From NCBI GenBank assembly GCA_964390265.1, contig CAYMHI010000003.1, forward strand, positions 1,332 to 65,331: 64,000 bases of DNA, read 5' to 3'. The stretch's first letter is position 1; every line of letters begins with the position of its first letter. The position numbers and the translations under genes were made by a program. A model generated the notes under the pieces. That model ran no database searches and had not been told where the DNA came from. It saw nothing but the letters and a program-made list of their open reading frames with translations. Below, one piece after another: positions 48,147 through 57,823 of this stretch. This DNA is from an uncultured Candidatus Saccharibacteria bacterium. GTDB taxonomy: Bacteria > Patescibacteriota > Saccharimonadia > CAILAD01 > BJGX01.

Positions 48147-49523
48147 CTAGATATGTACCCTAGATACCATGGTTCCTAGATTAGTATCGGCTACAGCTAA
48201 TTTATGCTTTTCTTTTAAGATAACTCGCAATTTGTCAGATTTAGTAAAGTCTTTTTGGGTTCTAACGTCAATATATTCATTGAGTGTGTTTGACTCTTCA
48301 AGGGTTAATGGCTTTATTTTTAAAAGCTGAAGGCCCAACACAGAGTCGGCAAATTCTATAGCTTTTAGGCTTTCTTGGGTATAGATTTTGCCCTCTACAG
48401 CGCTCATAGCAGCGATAGCGTCTGGAGTGTTTAAATCGTCTTCAAGTGCAGACTTGAAATGTTGCATAAATTTACTAGTTTCGCCACTAGTATCTGTTGG
48501 ATCAAATTTAATTGGGCTAAGAACTAAGTTTTCTACGTAAATACGTAAGTTATTTAATCGCTCGTGTGCTGATTGTAATGCACTAGAGCTATAATCCATT
48601 TGCGAACGATAATGAGCTAGCAAAACTAGTAAGCGAAAAGCCAAAGGATCCGGCATAGTTTCAACTTTGGTTATATTACCCAAACTCTTGCTCATTTTTT
48701 CGCCACTAATATTTAAAAATTCATTATGGATGTAAAAGTTGGCTTGCGCTCCACCACACTGAGCAAGTTCGTTTTCGTGATGAGGAAACTTTAAATCAAC
48801 TCCACCGGTGTGAATATCGAAGGGCTGGCCTAGATACTTTGTGCTCATGGCTGAGCACTCTATGTGCCATCCCGGGCGTCCGGGATAATTTTTATCTTGC
48901 CAAATAAAATCCCAGGCAGGTTCATTGTTTTTTTGGGCTTTCCAGAGCGCAAAGTCGCCCACCCCTTCTTTCTGGTCTTGGTCGTCAGTAACTCTTGCTT
49001 GGGAGTCAAAATTTAAATTAATAAGTTGCCCATATTTATGCCCGCTTTGGGTATATTTTTCTATACTAAAATATATACTGCCCTGGCTAACGTAAGCAAT
49101 TTGTTCCTTCAATAGTTGCTTAATTAGCTCTTGCATAGCATCAATATGGTCTGTAGCCCTGGGCAACTTATTAATATCGCCACGATTGATTCCAACCTTT
49201 TCAATATCGTCTATAAATATATCGGTGTATTTGTCGGCGAGTTTTGCTAGTGCCAACATTGCATCTTTGTCATTACTTACTTTATCTAGTTGAGCTATCA
49301 TCTTATCGTCTATATCGGTAATATTCATCACCCATTTAACGTCTAAGTTCTCTACATGGCGCAATACTCTTTGTAATAAATCATCGACAATAAAAGATCT
49401 TAAATTACCAATATGAACATGGTCATAAACAGTAGGCCCACATGAGTAAATAGTTGCCAAATCCTTCTTTATAGGCTTAAATTCATCTTTAGCTTTGGTG
49501 AGTGAATTGTATAGTCGTAGCAT
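48147..49523 (-). CDS. cysS: Cysteine--tRNA ligase
   Basis: CGPTVY, HIGN, PGWHIEC, FPHHENE, KMSKS. Confidence 0.97.
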   Translation of the reverse strand: MLRLYNSLTKAKDEFKPIKKDLATIYSCGPTVYDHVHIGNLRSFIVDDLLQRVLRHVENLDVKWVMNITDIDDKMIAQLDKVSNDKDAMLALAKLADKYTDIFIDDIEKVGINRGDINKLPRATDHIDAMQELIKQLLKEQIAYVSQGSIYFSIEKYTQSGHKYGQLINLNFDSQARVTDDQDQKEGVGDFALWKAQKNNEPAWDFIWQDKNYPGRPGWHIECSAMSTKYLGQPFDIHTGGVDLKFPHHENELAQCGGAQANFYIHNEFLNISGEKMSKSLGNITKVETMPDPLAFRLLVLLAHYRSQMDYSSSALQSAHERLNNLRIYVENLVLSPIKFDPTDTSGETSKFMQHFKSALEDDLNTPDAIAAMSAVEGKIYTQESLKAIEFADSVLGLQLLKIKPLTLEESNTLNEYIDVRTQKDFTKSDKLRVILKEKHKLAVADTNLGTMVSRVHI

Positions 49524-49526
49524 TGT

Positions 49527-50072
49527 TTATGGCTTGGTTTCAAAGACGATTTTGCGCAATACCTCGGCAGTATGTCGGCAGTCCTCTAGGGCGTCGTGGG
49601 CTTTGCGTGACGGCAGGCCAAACTCTTGAAAGGTTTGTTCTGAACGGTATATATCTCCCCGTCCCTGCCGAACAAAATGTATATAAATGATTGGCCAGAT
49701 GTCGAGTATATGAAAATCATATTCCATAAAATCATGGCCAATGCCGGTCATCATATCTTCTAGCATTTTGGTATCCAACATAGTCGTCCAGCAGCTCAGA
49801 TATACATTGGTGCCAAAATAGTCTAAAAACTTTTGCATCACTTCGTCTTGGCTAGGTGCATCTTTAAGCATCTCTTTAGTAATGCCGTGTATAGCGCTTG
49901 CTCTAGGGTCAGATCCTTCAATTTCTTGCTTAATGTAGCTACTAAATTCTTTTTTCTCTTTAAGAGTATTTTTGTCGAGTAATACAGCGGCTAGTTGAAT
50001 AGGCTTGGCCAGTGGCGGACGACCATCGGTGGTCTCAAAATCTATCATTAAAATATCTTTTTTGAACTTCAT
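49527..50072 (-). CDS. DEDDh 3'-5' exonuclease (DnaQ-like)
   Basis: DFET, IHGI, HDALED. Confidence 0.85.
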   Translation of the reverse strand: MKFKKDILMIDFETTDGRPPLAKPIQLAAVLLDKNTLKEKKEFSSYIKQEIEGSDPRASAIHGITKEMLKDAPSQDEVMQKFLDYFGTNVYLSCWTTMLDTKMLEDMMTGIGHDFMEYDFHILDIWPIIYIHFVRQGRGDIYRSEQTFQEFGLPSRKAHDALEDCRHTAEVLRKIVFETKP

Positions 50073-50092
50073 TATCTTATTATACCTGGAAT

Positions 50093-50120
50093 GGACGCTT
50101 GACGCTAGACGGTTGAATCT
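50093..50120. repeat. Degenerate heptamer tandem repeat (nGACGCT x4)
   Basis: GGACGCT TGACGCT AGACGGT TGAATCT. Confidence 0.7.
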
Positions 50121-50204
50121 AGCATTGTTTAGACACCCCAGGCTTAATTAGAAATCACTAAAACAACCACTAATTAAAAAGCCCGAGTATATACTCGGAC
50201 AAAG

Positions 50205-50945
50205 TCACTTTAGCAAGATAGTCCAGTATGGATATGGATCGTCATCGATAGATATATCGTAGCCGGCATCTTCATAGTGACGTCGCACCAGCTTCATGGT
50301 GTCGGGATGAATTGGATAATGAATAACCAATTTAAGTCCGTCAATTGAAAGGTCGTAAGCTTCTTCCCATAGTTTGTATTCAATCAGTCCAATCACAAGC
50401 TCAAGCTGAGTGCGACGATGTCGCGACAGCGCCTGGAGCATTCTTTTTGGCGTAATTCTTTCAGTGCCTAGAGTTTCCATATCGGTACCTATGAAGTATC
50501 TTGGATGGATTGCAATTGTTTTATGGAGGACAACCGATAACGCATCGTTATCGAGTTGAGTTAGCTTACCATCCTTATGCATTGCCAAAAGTTGCTCTTT
50601 TGATACCCACCAGCTAAAGTTGGTGCCCGCAGGAAATCGTAAAGACTCTGAAGTTTTGGCTTCACAAACTACCGCTAGTATCATCAACTCGTCGTCTTGT
50701 ACGATATCTTGTGGGATATCTCGCAAATCAAAAGAACGTATGAAATGTATTGTAGGTAACATTAGGCCAAATCGTTCACGAGCACTTGCTGCGAGGCGCT
50801 CTACCACCCAATCAATTTCACCAGGCGCGTCTTTATCGAGCATTACCTGGACACCAAACATATATCTTTCAAATAATTGATTATATTCTACCAAATATTC
50901 GCCTTTGTAGTTTTCAACTGCAAGTACAGCGCAGGTTCTAAACAC
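50205..50945 (-). CDS. Orphan hypothetical protein, possibly with a degenerate NUDIX-like N-terminus
   Basis: GTACCTA box and AAGGGAG SD favour GTG at 50945; terminator at 50176-50199. Confidence 0.6.
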   Translation of the reverse strand: MFRTCAVLAVENYKGEYLVEYNQLFERYMFGVQVMLDKDAPGEIDWVVERLAASARERFGLMLPTIHFIRSFDLRDIPQDIVQDDELMILAVVCEAKTSESLRFPAGTNFSWWVSKEQLLAMHKDGKLTQLDNDALSVVLHKTIAIHPRYFIGTDMETLGTERITPKRMLQALSRHRRTQLELVIGLIEYKLWEEAYDLSIDGLKLVIHYPIHPDTMKLVRRHYEDAGYDISIDDDPYPYWTILLK

Positions 50946-51016
50946 TATCACTCCCTTGGTAGGTACTAAGTGGTTGTAATTATTTCATATACTTCTATAT
51001 AAGACAATCATAAGTA

Positions 51017-51616
51017 TTAAAAAGCCTGGCGGTTATCAAGTGCTCTACCAAGTGTCATTTGGTCAGCATACTCCAGGTCGCCACCCATTGGCAGACCATG
51101 AGCCAGCTTGGTGACACGCACTGGCATGTCTTTGAGTTGGCGCAAAATGTAGAGAGCCGTGGTTTCACCTTCTAGATTGGGGTTGGTGGCGAGTATTATT
51201 TCTTCTGGCTTGGTTTTTTCTATTCTTTTAAGCAGGCTACCTATCTCAATATCATCAGGACCAATCCCGTCTATAGGGCTTATTACGCCGTGCAAAACAT
51301 GATACTTGCCTTTGTATAGACCGGTTTTTTCAATAGCGACAATATCGAGCGGTTGGGAGACCACGCAAATAGACGAATCGGATCGATTGGGGTTTTGGCA
51401 TATCTTACAGGTTGGCTGGGTGCTAAAATTTTGACACTTATTACACCTTACAATGCCATCTTTGAGCTTCAATGCGGCCTCACCCAAGCTAGTGCTATCT
51501 TCACTTTTGAGTAAATAAAAAACCAATCGCTCCGCTGTTTTGGGCCCAATACTGGGCAGCTTAGCAAATTCGTCTATTAATTTAATAACACTTTCTGGTA
51601 AAACTTCTGAATTCAA
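51017..51616 (-). CDS. recR: Recombination protein RecR
   Basis: LPSIGPKTAERL, C4 Zn finger, YHVLHG, ATNPNLEGE. Confidence 0.97.
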   Translation of the reverse strand: MNSEVLPESVIKLIDEFAKLPSIGPKTAERLVFYLLKSEDSTSLGEAALKLKDGIVRCNKCQNFSTQPTCKICQNPNRSDSSICVVSQPLDIVAIEKTGLYKGKYHVLHGVISPIDGIGPDDIEIGSLLKRIEKTKPEEIILATNPNLEGETTALYILRQLKDMPVRVTKLAHGLPMGGDLEYADQMTLGRALDNRQAF

Positions 51617-51637
51617 AATACGCCCTCGTTTTTATCT

Positions 51638-51718
51638 TGACGATCGACGCTAGATAATAGAATCTCGACAAGGCCTTGGCGGCTTTCCCGAGCGTCAATA
51701 GTCAGGCGTCAATAGTCT
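51638..51718. repeat. Inverted pair of heptamer arrays
   Basis: TGACGAT CGACGCT AGATAAT ... AGCGTCA ATAGTCA GGCGTCA ATAGTCT. Confidence 0.65.
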
Positions 51719-51720
51719 AA

Positions 51721-52029
51721 TTACATTCCTGGCAGGTTCATAGAACCGGCTATCTCTTGCATCTTACCGGTAGCCTCGCTCATCAGCTCTTTGTTTGCCT
51801 GGTTGATAGCCGATACAAGCAGGCGTTCTAAACGATCCATATCTTCTGTGGCTTCAGGCTTAATATCGATAGCTTGCACTTCAACATTCATGCTGGTTTG
51901 CGATATTGACATACCGGCGGTCACTTTTACATCGCCGTCACCAGCTTCGGCCTCTATTTTCATGCGCTTAAGTTCTTTTTGCAGTTTTAGAGCTTTTTGA
52001 GCCATCTTGGCTTTATCCATCATTCCCAT
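51721..52029 (-). CDS. YbaB/EbfC nucleoid-associated protein
   Basis: KLQKEL...EAGDG.VKV...AIN.A; upstream of recR. Confidence 0.85.
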   Translation of the reverse strand: MGMMDKAKMAQKALKLQKELKRMKIEAEAGDGDVKVTAGMSISQTSMNVEVQAIDIKPEATEDMDRLERLLVSAINQANKELMSEATGKMQEIAGSMNLPGM

Positions 52030-52074
52030 AATTTTTCTCCCGTTTAATACAGACTAAATTCTATCTAGTGTTTA

Positions 52075-53550
52075 TTATTTTACTTGATAAAGTCTAATTT
52101 CGCTATACCCAGCTTGGCTCTGTAATAGTAGTACCCAGTTTGATGGAATCTGATTATAATAATCATGTTCACCAGTCTTTCCAATGATCCACACTCTTCC
52201 TGGTAGCACTTTTGAATAGGAATCTAAATATACATTTTGGTTATATAATAGCCCCGATTCGCCGTAGCCATTTAAGTTACTATTGGCCGTATAAAGACCA
52301 ATTATTTTACCCGTGGAGTTATAATAACTTGCGTCAAAATATACATATAACTCGCCAGCCAGTATGGTATCGCTAGATTGGACCTGATTGTTAATAATTT
52401 TTATTACTTGAGACATCTTATGCGAAGACTGGGCATAAACGTTGCGTACGCCAATCAATTCTGTACCAATTACCAATGCCGATAGCAATACTAGTAACCA
52501 AGTTCGTTTGCCAGCCAACTTATCTATGCTAATGGCGATAATTAAATATATTCCTACTGCTACAAATACAAAATATCGTTCATGAAATATTGGCTTTTGT
52601 AATGATACTGCTAAAGCGATGATGATAGGAACAAAGCTATAAGAAGCCAGTAGGCGAGAATATTTATGTATACCCTTATCGCTAAAAACTAGATATATCG
52701 AAAGAGCTATTATTAGTATTGGCACTAACCAATACAAATAAACTATTAATTTTTGCGCATCGGTAAAGGTTAAATATTGCCATATTGTATCGTGAAATGT
52801 TTGCCAGGAAGTTTTTGGTAGCCAACCCAAGCCCTGTCCACGACGTAATTGGGCAATCATATTGGGTACCCACGGTATAAACAGCAATATTGCCACAATA
52901 TTAGCAAGCCACCAGCGTCCAGATAAAATTATTGATTTATTAAATCTTATATGAGTTGGTTTTTGCATTACTAACAAGTATATCCACATAGCAATAACCA
53001 CAAGAGCTGCGAAATAGTGCGTATATAGTCCGGCCACGATAGATAACGTATACAAAATATATGGCCACGAACTTTTGGGTTTTTGAGCAATGCAGGCCAC
53101 GGAGTACAAAGCTAATAACATAAACAAGCCCAGTAAACCATACATACGTGCCTCTTGACTATAACGAATTAGAAAAGGCGCGCAAGCCAAAATTAAACTA
53201 GCCAAGATAGCAGCTCTGTTAGTGGCAATTTTTTTAACTACCAAGTAGCCTACTGGTATCAAGGCTACTCCTGCTAGAGCGCTTAGACTCCTAATCGCTA
53301 ACGCAGAAGTGCCAAACAATCGTATCCAAAAGTGCAAAAGTTCATAATACAGTGGTGGATGAACATCGCGCGCCGAGCCAGCCCAAATAAGTTCGGGTGA
53401 GCGAGTGGCTAAAAATATCGAGAATCCTTCGTCATGCCAGATGCTTGCTTTAGTAATATTAATAATTCTTAGTGCTGCACCCAAACTAGTAGCCGCTAGC
53501 AACCACAGTAAACTGATTAGACTACTTTTTTTAGGCGACCATTTGTTCAT
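52075..53550 (-). CDS. GT-C (PMT/ArnT-like) membrane glycosyltransferase
   Basis: WHDE, HPPLYY, YSQEARMY, THY; multiple TMs. Confidence 0.85.
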   Translation of the reverse strand: MNKWSPKKSSLISLLWLLAATSLGAALRIINITKASIWHDEGFSIFLATRSPELIWAGSARDVHPPLYYELLHFWIRLFGTSALAIRSLSALAGVALIPVGYLVVKKIATNRAAILASLILACAPFLIRYSQEARMYGLLGLFMLLALYSVACIAQKPKSSWPYILYTLSIVAGLYTHYFAALVVIAMWIYLLVMQKPTHIRFNKSIILSGRWWLANIVAILLFIPWVPNMIAQLRRGQGLGWLPKTSWQTFHDTIWQYLTFTDAQKLIVYLYWLVPILIIALSIYLVFSDKGIHKYSRLLASYSFVPIIIALAVSLQKPIFHERYFVFVAVGIYLIIAISIDKLAGKRTWLLVLLSALVIGTELIGVRNVYAQSSHKMSQVIKIINNQVQSSDTILAGELYVYFDASYYNSTGKIIGLYTANSNLNGYGESGLLYNQNVYLDSYSKVLPGRVWIIGKTGEHDYYNQIPSNWVLLLQSQAGYSEIRLYQVK

Positions 53551-53554
53551 AACT

Positions 53555-54322
53555 TTACTTCTTATATTTACCGGTCGTCAGGCCCCATTTAATCTTAATA
53601 AGGTCCGGGAATGTTTGCAGAGCTGCTTTGGCGGCTGAAAATTTTGAACTTGACACCTTACTACCCTCTTTAATGTCTTGCCAATCTGGCACATCAATAG
53701 TTTCTATTTGGTAGCCCATTTGCCGCGCAATAGCTAGTACCTCCATATCAAAGCCCCAGCCCATCACGGTTTGTTTGGCAAAAATTGCCTGTGCAGACTT
53801 TTTATTAAAGGCCTTAAAACCACACTGAGTATCTTTAATACCAGGCAAAATTAGCAATTGAACCAAAAAATTAGCACCGCCAGATATAAATTTGCGCAAT
53901 CCGGTATGGCTTTTTTGGAGATTGCGCACACAGATACCTATAGGCTTGTCCTTTTTTGCCAAGTCTAATACATCATCAAGATATTTTAGCGGAGTGGCCA
54001 AGTCGGCATCCATAAAAACAATATATTCACCTTGAGCAGCCAGCATTCCCATTTGCACTTGTTTACCTTTAATAGCTTTTTTGTGTGGCTTAGGGCCAGC
54101 ATCTATTAATTTAAAGTGCTTAAAAAAATGTCCCGATTTCTTAGCTACCTCGGCAGTACCATCGGGGCTCTGAGCATCAACCACAATTAGCTCAGCAGAT
54201 ATTTTTTTGGAATTAATATACTTAGCTATCTGCGAAATTGTGTCTTCAATCCTAAAAGCCTCTTTATAGGTAGGAATCACAATGCTAAGATCGATCATGT
54301 CGGGTTGGTTTTTTGAGCTCAT
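53555..54322 (-). CDS. GT2 polyprenol-phosphate glycosyltransferase (Alg5-like)
   Basis: SIVIPTY, DAD, DTQCGFK, FDMEVL. Confidence 0.88.
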   Translation of the reverse strand: MSSKNQPDMIDLSIVIPTYKEAFRIEDTISQIAKYINSKKISAELIVVDAQSPDGTAEVAKKSGHFFKHFKLIDAGPKPHKKAIKGKQVQMGMLAAQGEYIVFMDADLATPLKYLDDVLDLAKKDKPIGICVRNLQKSHTGLRKFISGGANFLVQLLILPGIKDTQCGFKAFNKKSAQAIFAKQTVMGWGFDMEVLAIARQMGYQIETIDVPDWQDIKEGSKVSSSKFSAAKAALQTFPDLIKIKWGLTTGKYKK

Positions 54323-55890
54323 TGATTTACTCTATAGCTAAGATACAGCAATTTTTTATTGTAGCTGGAGTAGTATGGTCTGAGTTGACCGTTAGGGTAT
54401 TTAGCTTTTAGTATATCGGTAATTTTTTGAGCTTGATCACCCTGAGGGTAAACATAAAGTAGTTTCTGAGTAGACAACGATTGATTTTGAAGTTCGTCGA
54501 TACTTAGTAGTGAATAGACCGACTTACCAAAGGTAAGGTACTGCGTAGGCATCGCCTCATAGCCACCTGCGATTAAATAGTTGGTACCTACTTGTTGGGC
54601 AGGGTTGGCATTTAAAAAGTAGCCCACTTGAACCATGTTCTCGCCGTAGGCCGAGTATGTCATGGGGTCTTGGGCCCATGCTACAAAGTATTGCCGCCAA
54701 CCAATAATAGCTGTAAGCGCTAGTAGAATACTTATACTTATTACCCCGGTATTTCTTGCTGGATTGTTAATTGGAAATGTTTTGTACCATCTGGTAAGTA
54801 GATAATTAATACCAACGGCTGCAATAGTAAATACACTAGCTGCCGTACCGATACTTCTTAGGGCGTGCGGTAATCCCTCGGCGGTAAGAATAGACGGTAA
54901 CATCATGGCAAAGAACATAGCAAGTATGGCCGCGTATTTAACTCTGGTAAAGCGACTAAAAGCAACTAGCAAGCCCAATATAAGCATGAGTCCAACAAAT
55001 GTATTGAGTAAAGGCTCGCCCGGCAAGTTGTGGCGACTATTTTGGTCGCCCTGATAGTTAAATTGCAATAAAGTTTTACCAGTGCTATCAAAAAGTGTTT
55101 GTAGGGGCTTGCCATTATTAAGTTCTTTGTTTAAAAAGCTAGTACCACCGGCCCTAGCTGTAGAATCGCCAGGGTGTCGTACGATAGTAACGATTAGCGG
55201 CGATAAGGTAATTAAAAATATAACGCCACCTATTAATACATTCTTAATATTACTTAGTAGCCACTGACGCTTGAGGGCCAATAAATAAAGAAAACCACCT
55301 AAAACAATCACGCCAAACATAGTAAAAGCAGTATAAGTGTAGAAACCTAATCCCAAAAATAATCCAGCCAGCAAAAAGTAACGTGTTTTGTTTGTTTTGT
55401 AAGCTCGACCTCCAAAATAGGCCACTAGAGCTATCATTAAAGGCACCATGCTGGCTCTAAATCCGTCTCTGCTTACGGTATTAACCCAAGGATTTACAGC
55501 TATTAAAAAGGCCGCTATGAGTGCCGTTCTACGTCCAAACCAATCTTTGGTATATAAATACACTACAAATACGGTCAATATACCAAGTAGCGCCGGTGCT
55601 AGGCGTAGCGCCAAAATAGTATTGCCGAATATTAGCACAAACAATGCTTGCAAAAAGAAAAATAAAGATTCACGTGGGCCGTTAGTATTATAGATAATTC
55701 GCCAATCATAATGATAAATGCGCTGCAAAATATCTAGCCCGTTAGCGGCTTCGTCGGGATGCAGGCCAGGTGGTAAACTATTTAATTGATACAATCGAAA
55801 AATAGTTGCCAACCCCAAAATACCAATTAAGATAATTAAAGCTCGCTTGTCTTTTATAAATGCCAGTAGTTTAGAATTATTTTTTTTCAT
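54319..55890 (-). CDS. GT-C (PMT/ArnT-like) membrane glycosyltransferase
   Basis: PPGLHPDEA, LGFYTY, PHALR; multiple TMs. Confidence 0.85.
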   Translation of the reverse strand: MKKNNSKLLAFIKDKRALIILIGILGLATIFRLYQLNSLPPGLHPDEAANGLDILQRIYHYDWRIIYNTNGPRESLFFFLQALFVLIFGNTILALRLAPALLGILTVFVVYLYTKDWFGRRTALIAAFLIAVNPWVNTVSRDGFRASMVPLMIALVAYFGGRAYKTNKTRYFLLAGLFLGLGFYTYTAFTMFGVIVLGGFLYLLALKRQWLLSNIKNVLIGGVIFLITLSPLIVTIVRHPGDSTARAGGTSFLNKELNNGKPLQTLFDSTGKTLLQFNYQGDQNSRHNLPGEPLLNTFVGLMLILGLLVAFSRFTRVKYAAILAMFFAMMLPSILTAEGLPHALRSIGTAASVFTIAAVGINYLLTRWYKTFPINNPARNTGVISISILLALTAIIGWRQYFVAWAQDPMTYSAYGENMVQVGYFLNANPAQQVGTNYLIAGGYEAMPTQYLTFGKSVYSLLSIDELQNQSLSTQKLLYVYPQGDQAQKITDILKAKYPNGQLRPYYSSYNKKLLYLSYRVNQ

Positions 55891-56404
55891 CTACAAACAC
55901 GAAGTATTTATACATTAGGTAATTATAGACTAGCACCACCAAAATAGCAGCCATCAGAGCCAGATTACGCTCGTCAAAATCTCGACTTAGCGGCAAATGC
56001 AATCCCGATGTAATAGAATAAGCTAGTTGCGACGGCCAAACCCACACATCTGTAAAAAGCTTTAATATTATTGGCCTAATAATATATAACCCTGCGATAG
56101 TAATGATAAAAAAGTAAACTGTATGCTTGGTATCTATATTACGTTTACGAAATGTAAAGCGCATATTAAAAATATAGCTGTTTACCATGGCTACTGTACC
56201 AGATATTAAGCCAGCCGCGACAATACCGGTAATAGCGACTGTTACGCCAAAAAATGTGGCCGTAAACAAAACACTACCCTTGGGCAAAATAGTTATTACC
56301 AAGATATTTAAAATTACAAAGTCCACCACAGTGTTGAGTATCCCCACCAAGCCAAATCGGCCTACCTGCTTTACTTCGTGATCTGAATGTTTTGTGGTTT
56401 TCAT
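55877..56404 (-). CDS. GtrA-family flippase
   Basis: RFGLVG..NT.VDF, NSY..N..FTF, NY...KYFVF. Confidence 0.88.
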   Translation of the reverse strand: MKTTKHSDHEVKQVGRFGLVGILNTVVDFVILNILVITILPKGSVLFTATFFGVTVAITGIVAAGLISGTVAMVNSYIFNMRFTFRKRNIDTKHTVYFFIITIAGLYIIRPIILKLFTDVWVWPSQLAYSITSGLHLPLSRDFDERNLALMAAILVVLVYNYLMYKYFVFVDEKK

Positions 56405-56449
56405 AGTTGTTATTCTTAGTATAGCGCAGAGTTAAAAACTAAAAAAGCC

Positions 56450-57823
56450 CTACTTCTGAGTATGTACATTATCCACACTTCTAAATAGCATTTGCTCGGG
56501 TTGAAAGTACAGCTCTACCTCGCCAGTTGGGCCATTTCTGTGCTTACGAACCAATATATCGGCAATGTTTTTACGTTCACTTTCTTTTTCATAATAATCT
56601 TCTCGATAAATAAACATTACTACATCGGCATCTTGCTCAATACTGCCAGACTCACGTAGATCTGAAAGTTGAGGTATTTTGGGAGAGCGCATCTCAACGC
56701 TACGTGACAGTTGTGATAGCGCTATGACTGGCACATTGAGTTCTCGTGCTAGGCCCTTAAGGCCACGTGATATCTCTGATATTTCTTGTACTCTGTTCTC
56801 GCCGCCAGCGTTGCGGCCGCTCATGAGTTGTAGATAATCTATAACTATTAGTCCCAAGTCGTTTTCGGATTGCAAACGACGAGCTTTGGTGCGCATTTCC
56901 ATTACATTACTCATAGCTGAGTCGTCTATATAAAGTGGTGCTTCTGAAAGCACACCCATGGCCTTATTAATTTTTTCAAAATCAGTATCTTCAAGATTAC
57001 CCGTTCTAAGCTTCCAGCTATCTATGCCAGCCTCGGAGCTTAGCAATCTATCAATTAGTTGTTCTTTGCTCATTTCTAGGCTGAATATTCCAACCGGTAT
57101 ACCCTCCTCGGTAGCAACATGCTGGGCGATATTTAAGGCAAAGCTAGTTTTACCCATACTAGGGCGTGCGGCCAAAATAATTAAGTCGGAGTTTTGTAAT
57201 CCGGCAGTAAGATTATCTAGCGCTCTATAGCCAGTCGGTATGCCTCGAAGCGAGTTTTTGTCTTTATGCAAACTATCTAGCCGCTCAAAGCTACTGGTAA
57301 GAATCTCTGAAATTGGAGTAAAGTTTTTCTTGAGATGTTTTTGTGAAACTGCAAATAGTGCCTGCTCGGCCTCATCTAGTACGGAATCGAGAGCCTCACC
57401 CTCACCAAATGCCATGGAATTAATAGTACTAGCTGCCGAGATTAACCTTCGCAACGTGGCTTTATCGGCTACTATTCGGGCATACTGTTGTACGTGTGCA
57501 CTAGATGGCACGCTATTTACTAACTCGGTCAGGTAAGCAGCCCCGCCAATATTTTCTAATTGCTTAGCCTTACTAAGAGAGTTCGCCAGGGTTACTACAT
57601 CGATAGGTTCGCGACGTTCAAAAAGGCCCAGAATAGCCTCAAAAATCTGGCCGTTTTTTGTTATGTAAAAATCATCGGCACCAACAATATCGGCAACCTT
57701 AATTATGGCATCTTTATCTATAAGCAAAGAGCCTATCAAGCTTGACTCAGCCTCGGGATTCTGCGGAGGCAAGACAATAGACTTATCGTTATTTTTTGAT
57801 GATTTATTATCTAAATTAGCCAT
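56450..57823 (-). CDS. dnaB: Replicative DNA helicase
   Basis: PPQN.EAE, ARPSMGKT, IDYLQLM, LSQLSR, DLRESGSIEQDAD, RNGP. Confidence 0.98.
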   Translation of the reverse strand: MANLDNKSSKNNDKSIVLPPQNPEAESSLIGSLLIDKDAIIKVADIVGADDFYITKNGQIFEAILGLFERREPIDVVTLANSLSKAKQLENIGGAAYLTELVNSVPSSAHVQQYARIVADKATLRRLISAASTINSMAFGEGEALDSVLDEAEQALFAVSQKHLKKNFTPISEILTSSFERLDSLHKDKNSLRGIPTGYRALDNLTAGLQNSDLIILAARPSMGKTSFALNIAQHVATEEGIPVGIFSLEMSKEQLIDRLLSSEAGIDSWKLRTGNLEDTDFEKINKAMGVLSEAPLYIDDSAMSNVMEMRTKARRLQSENDLGLIVIDYLQLMSGRNAGGENRVQEISEISRGLKGLARELNVPVIALSQLSRSVEMRSPKIPQLSDLRESGSIEQDADVVMFIYREDYYEKESERKNIADILVRKHRNGPTGEVELYFQPEQMLFRSVDNVHTQK

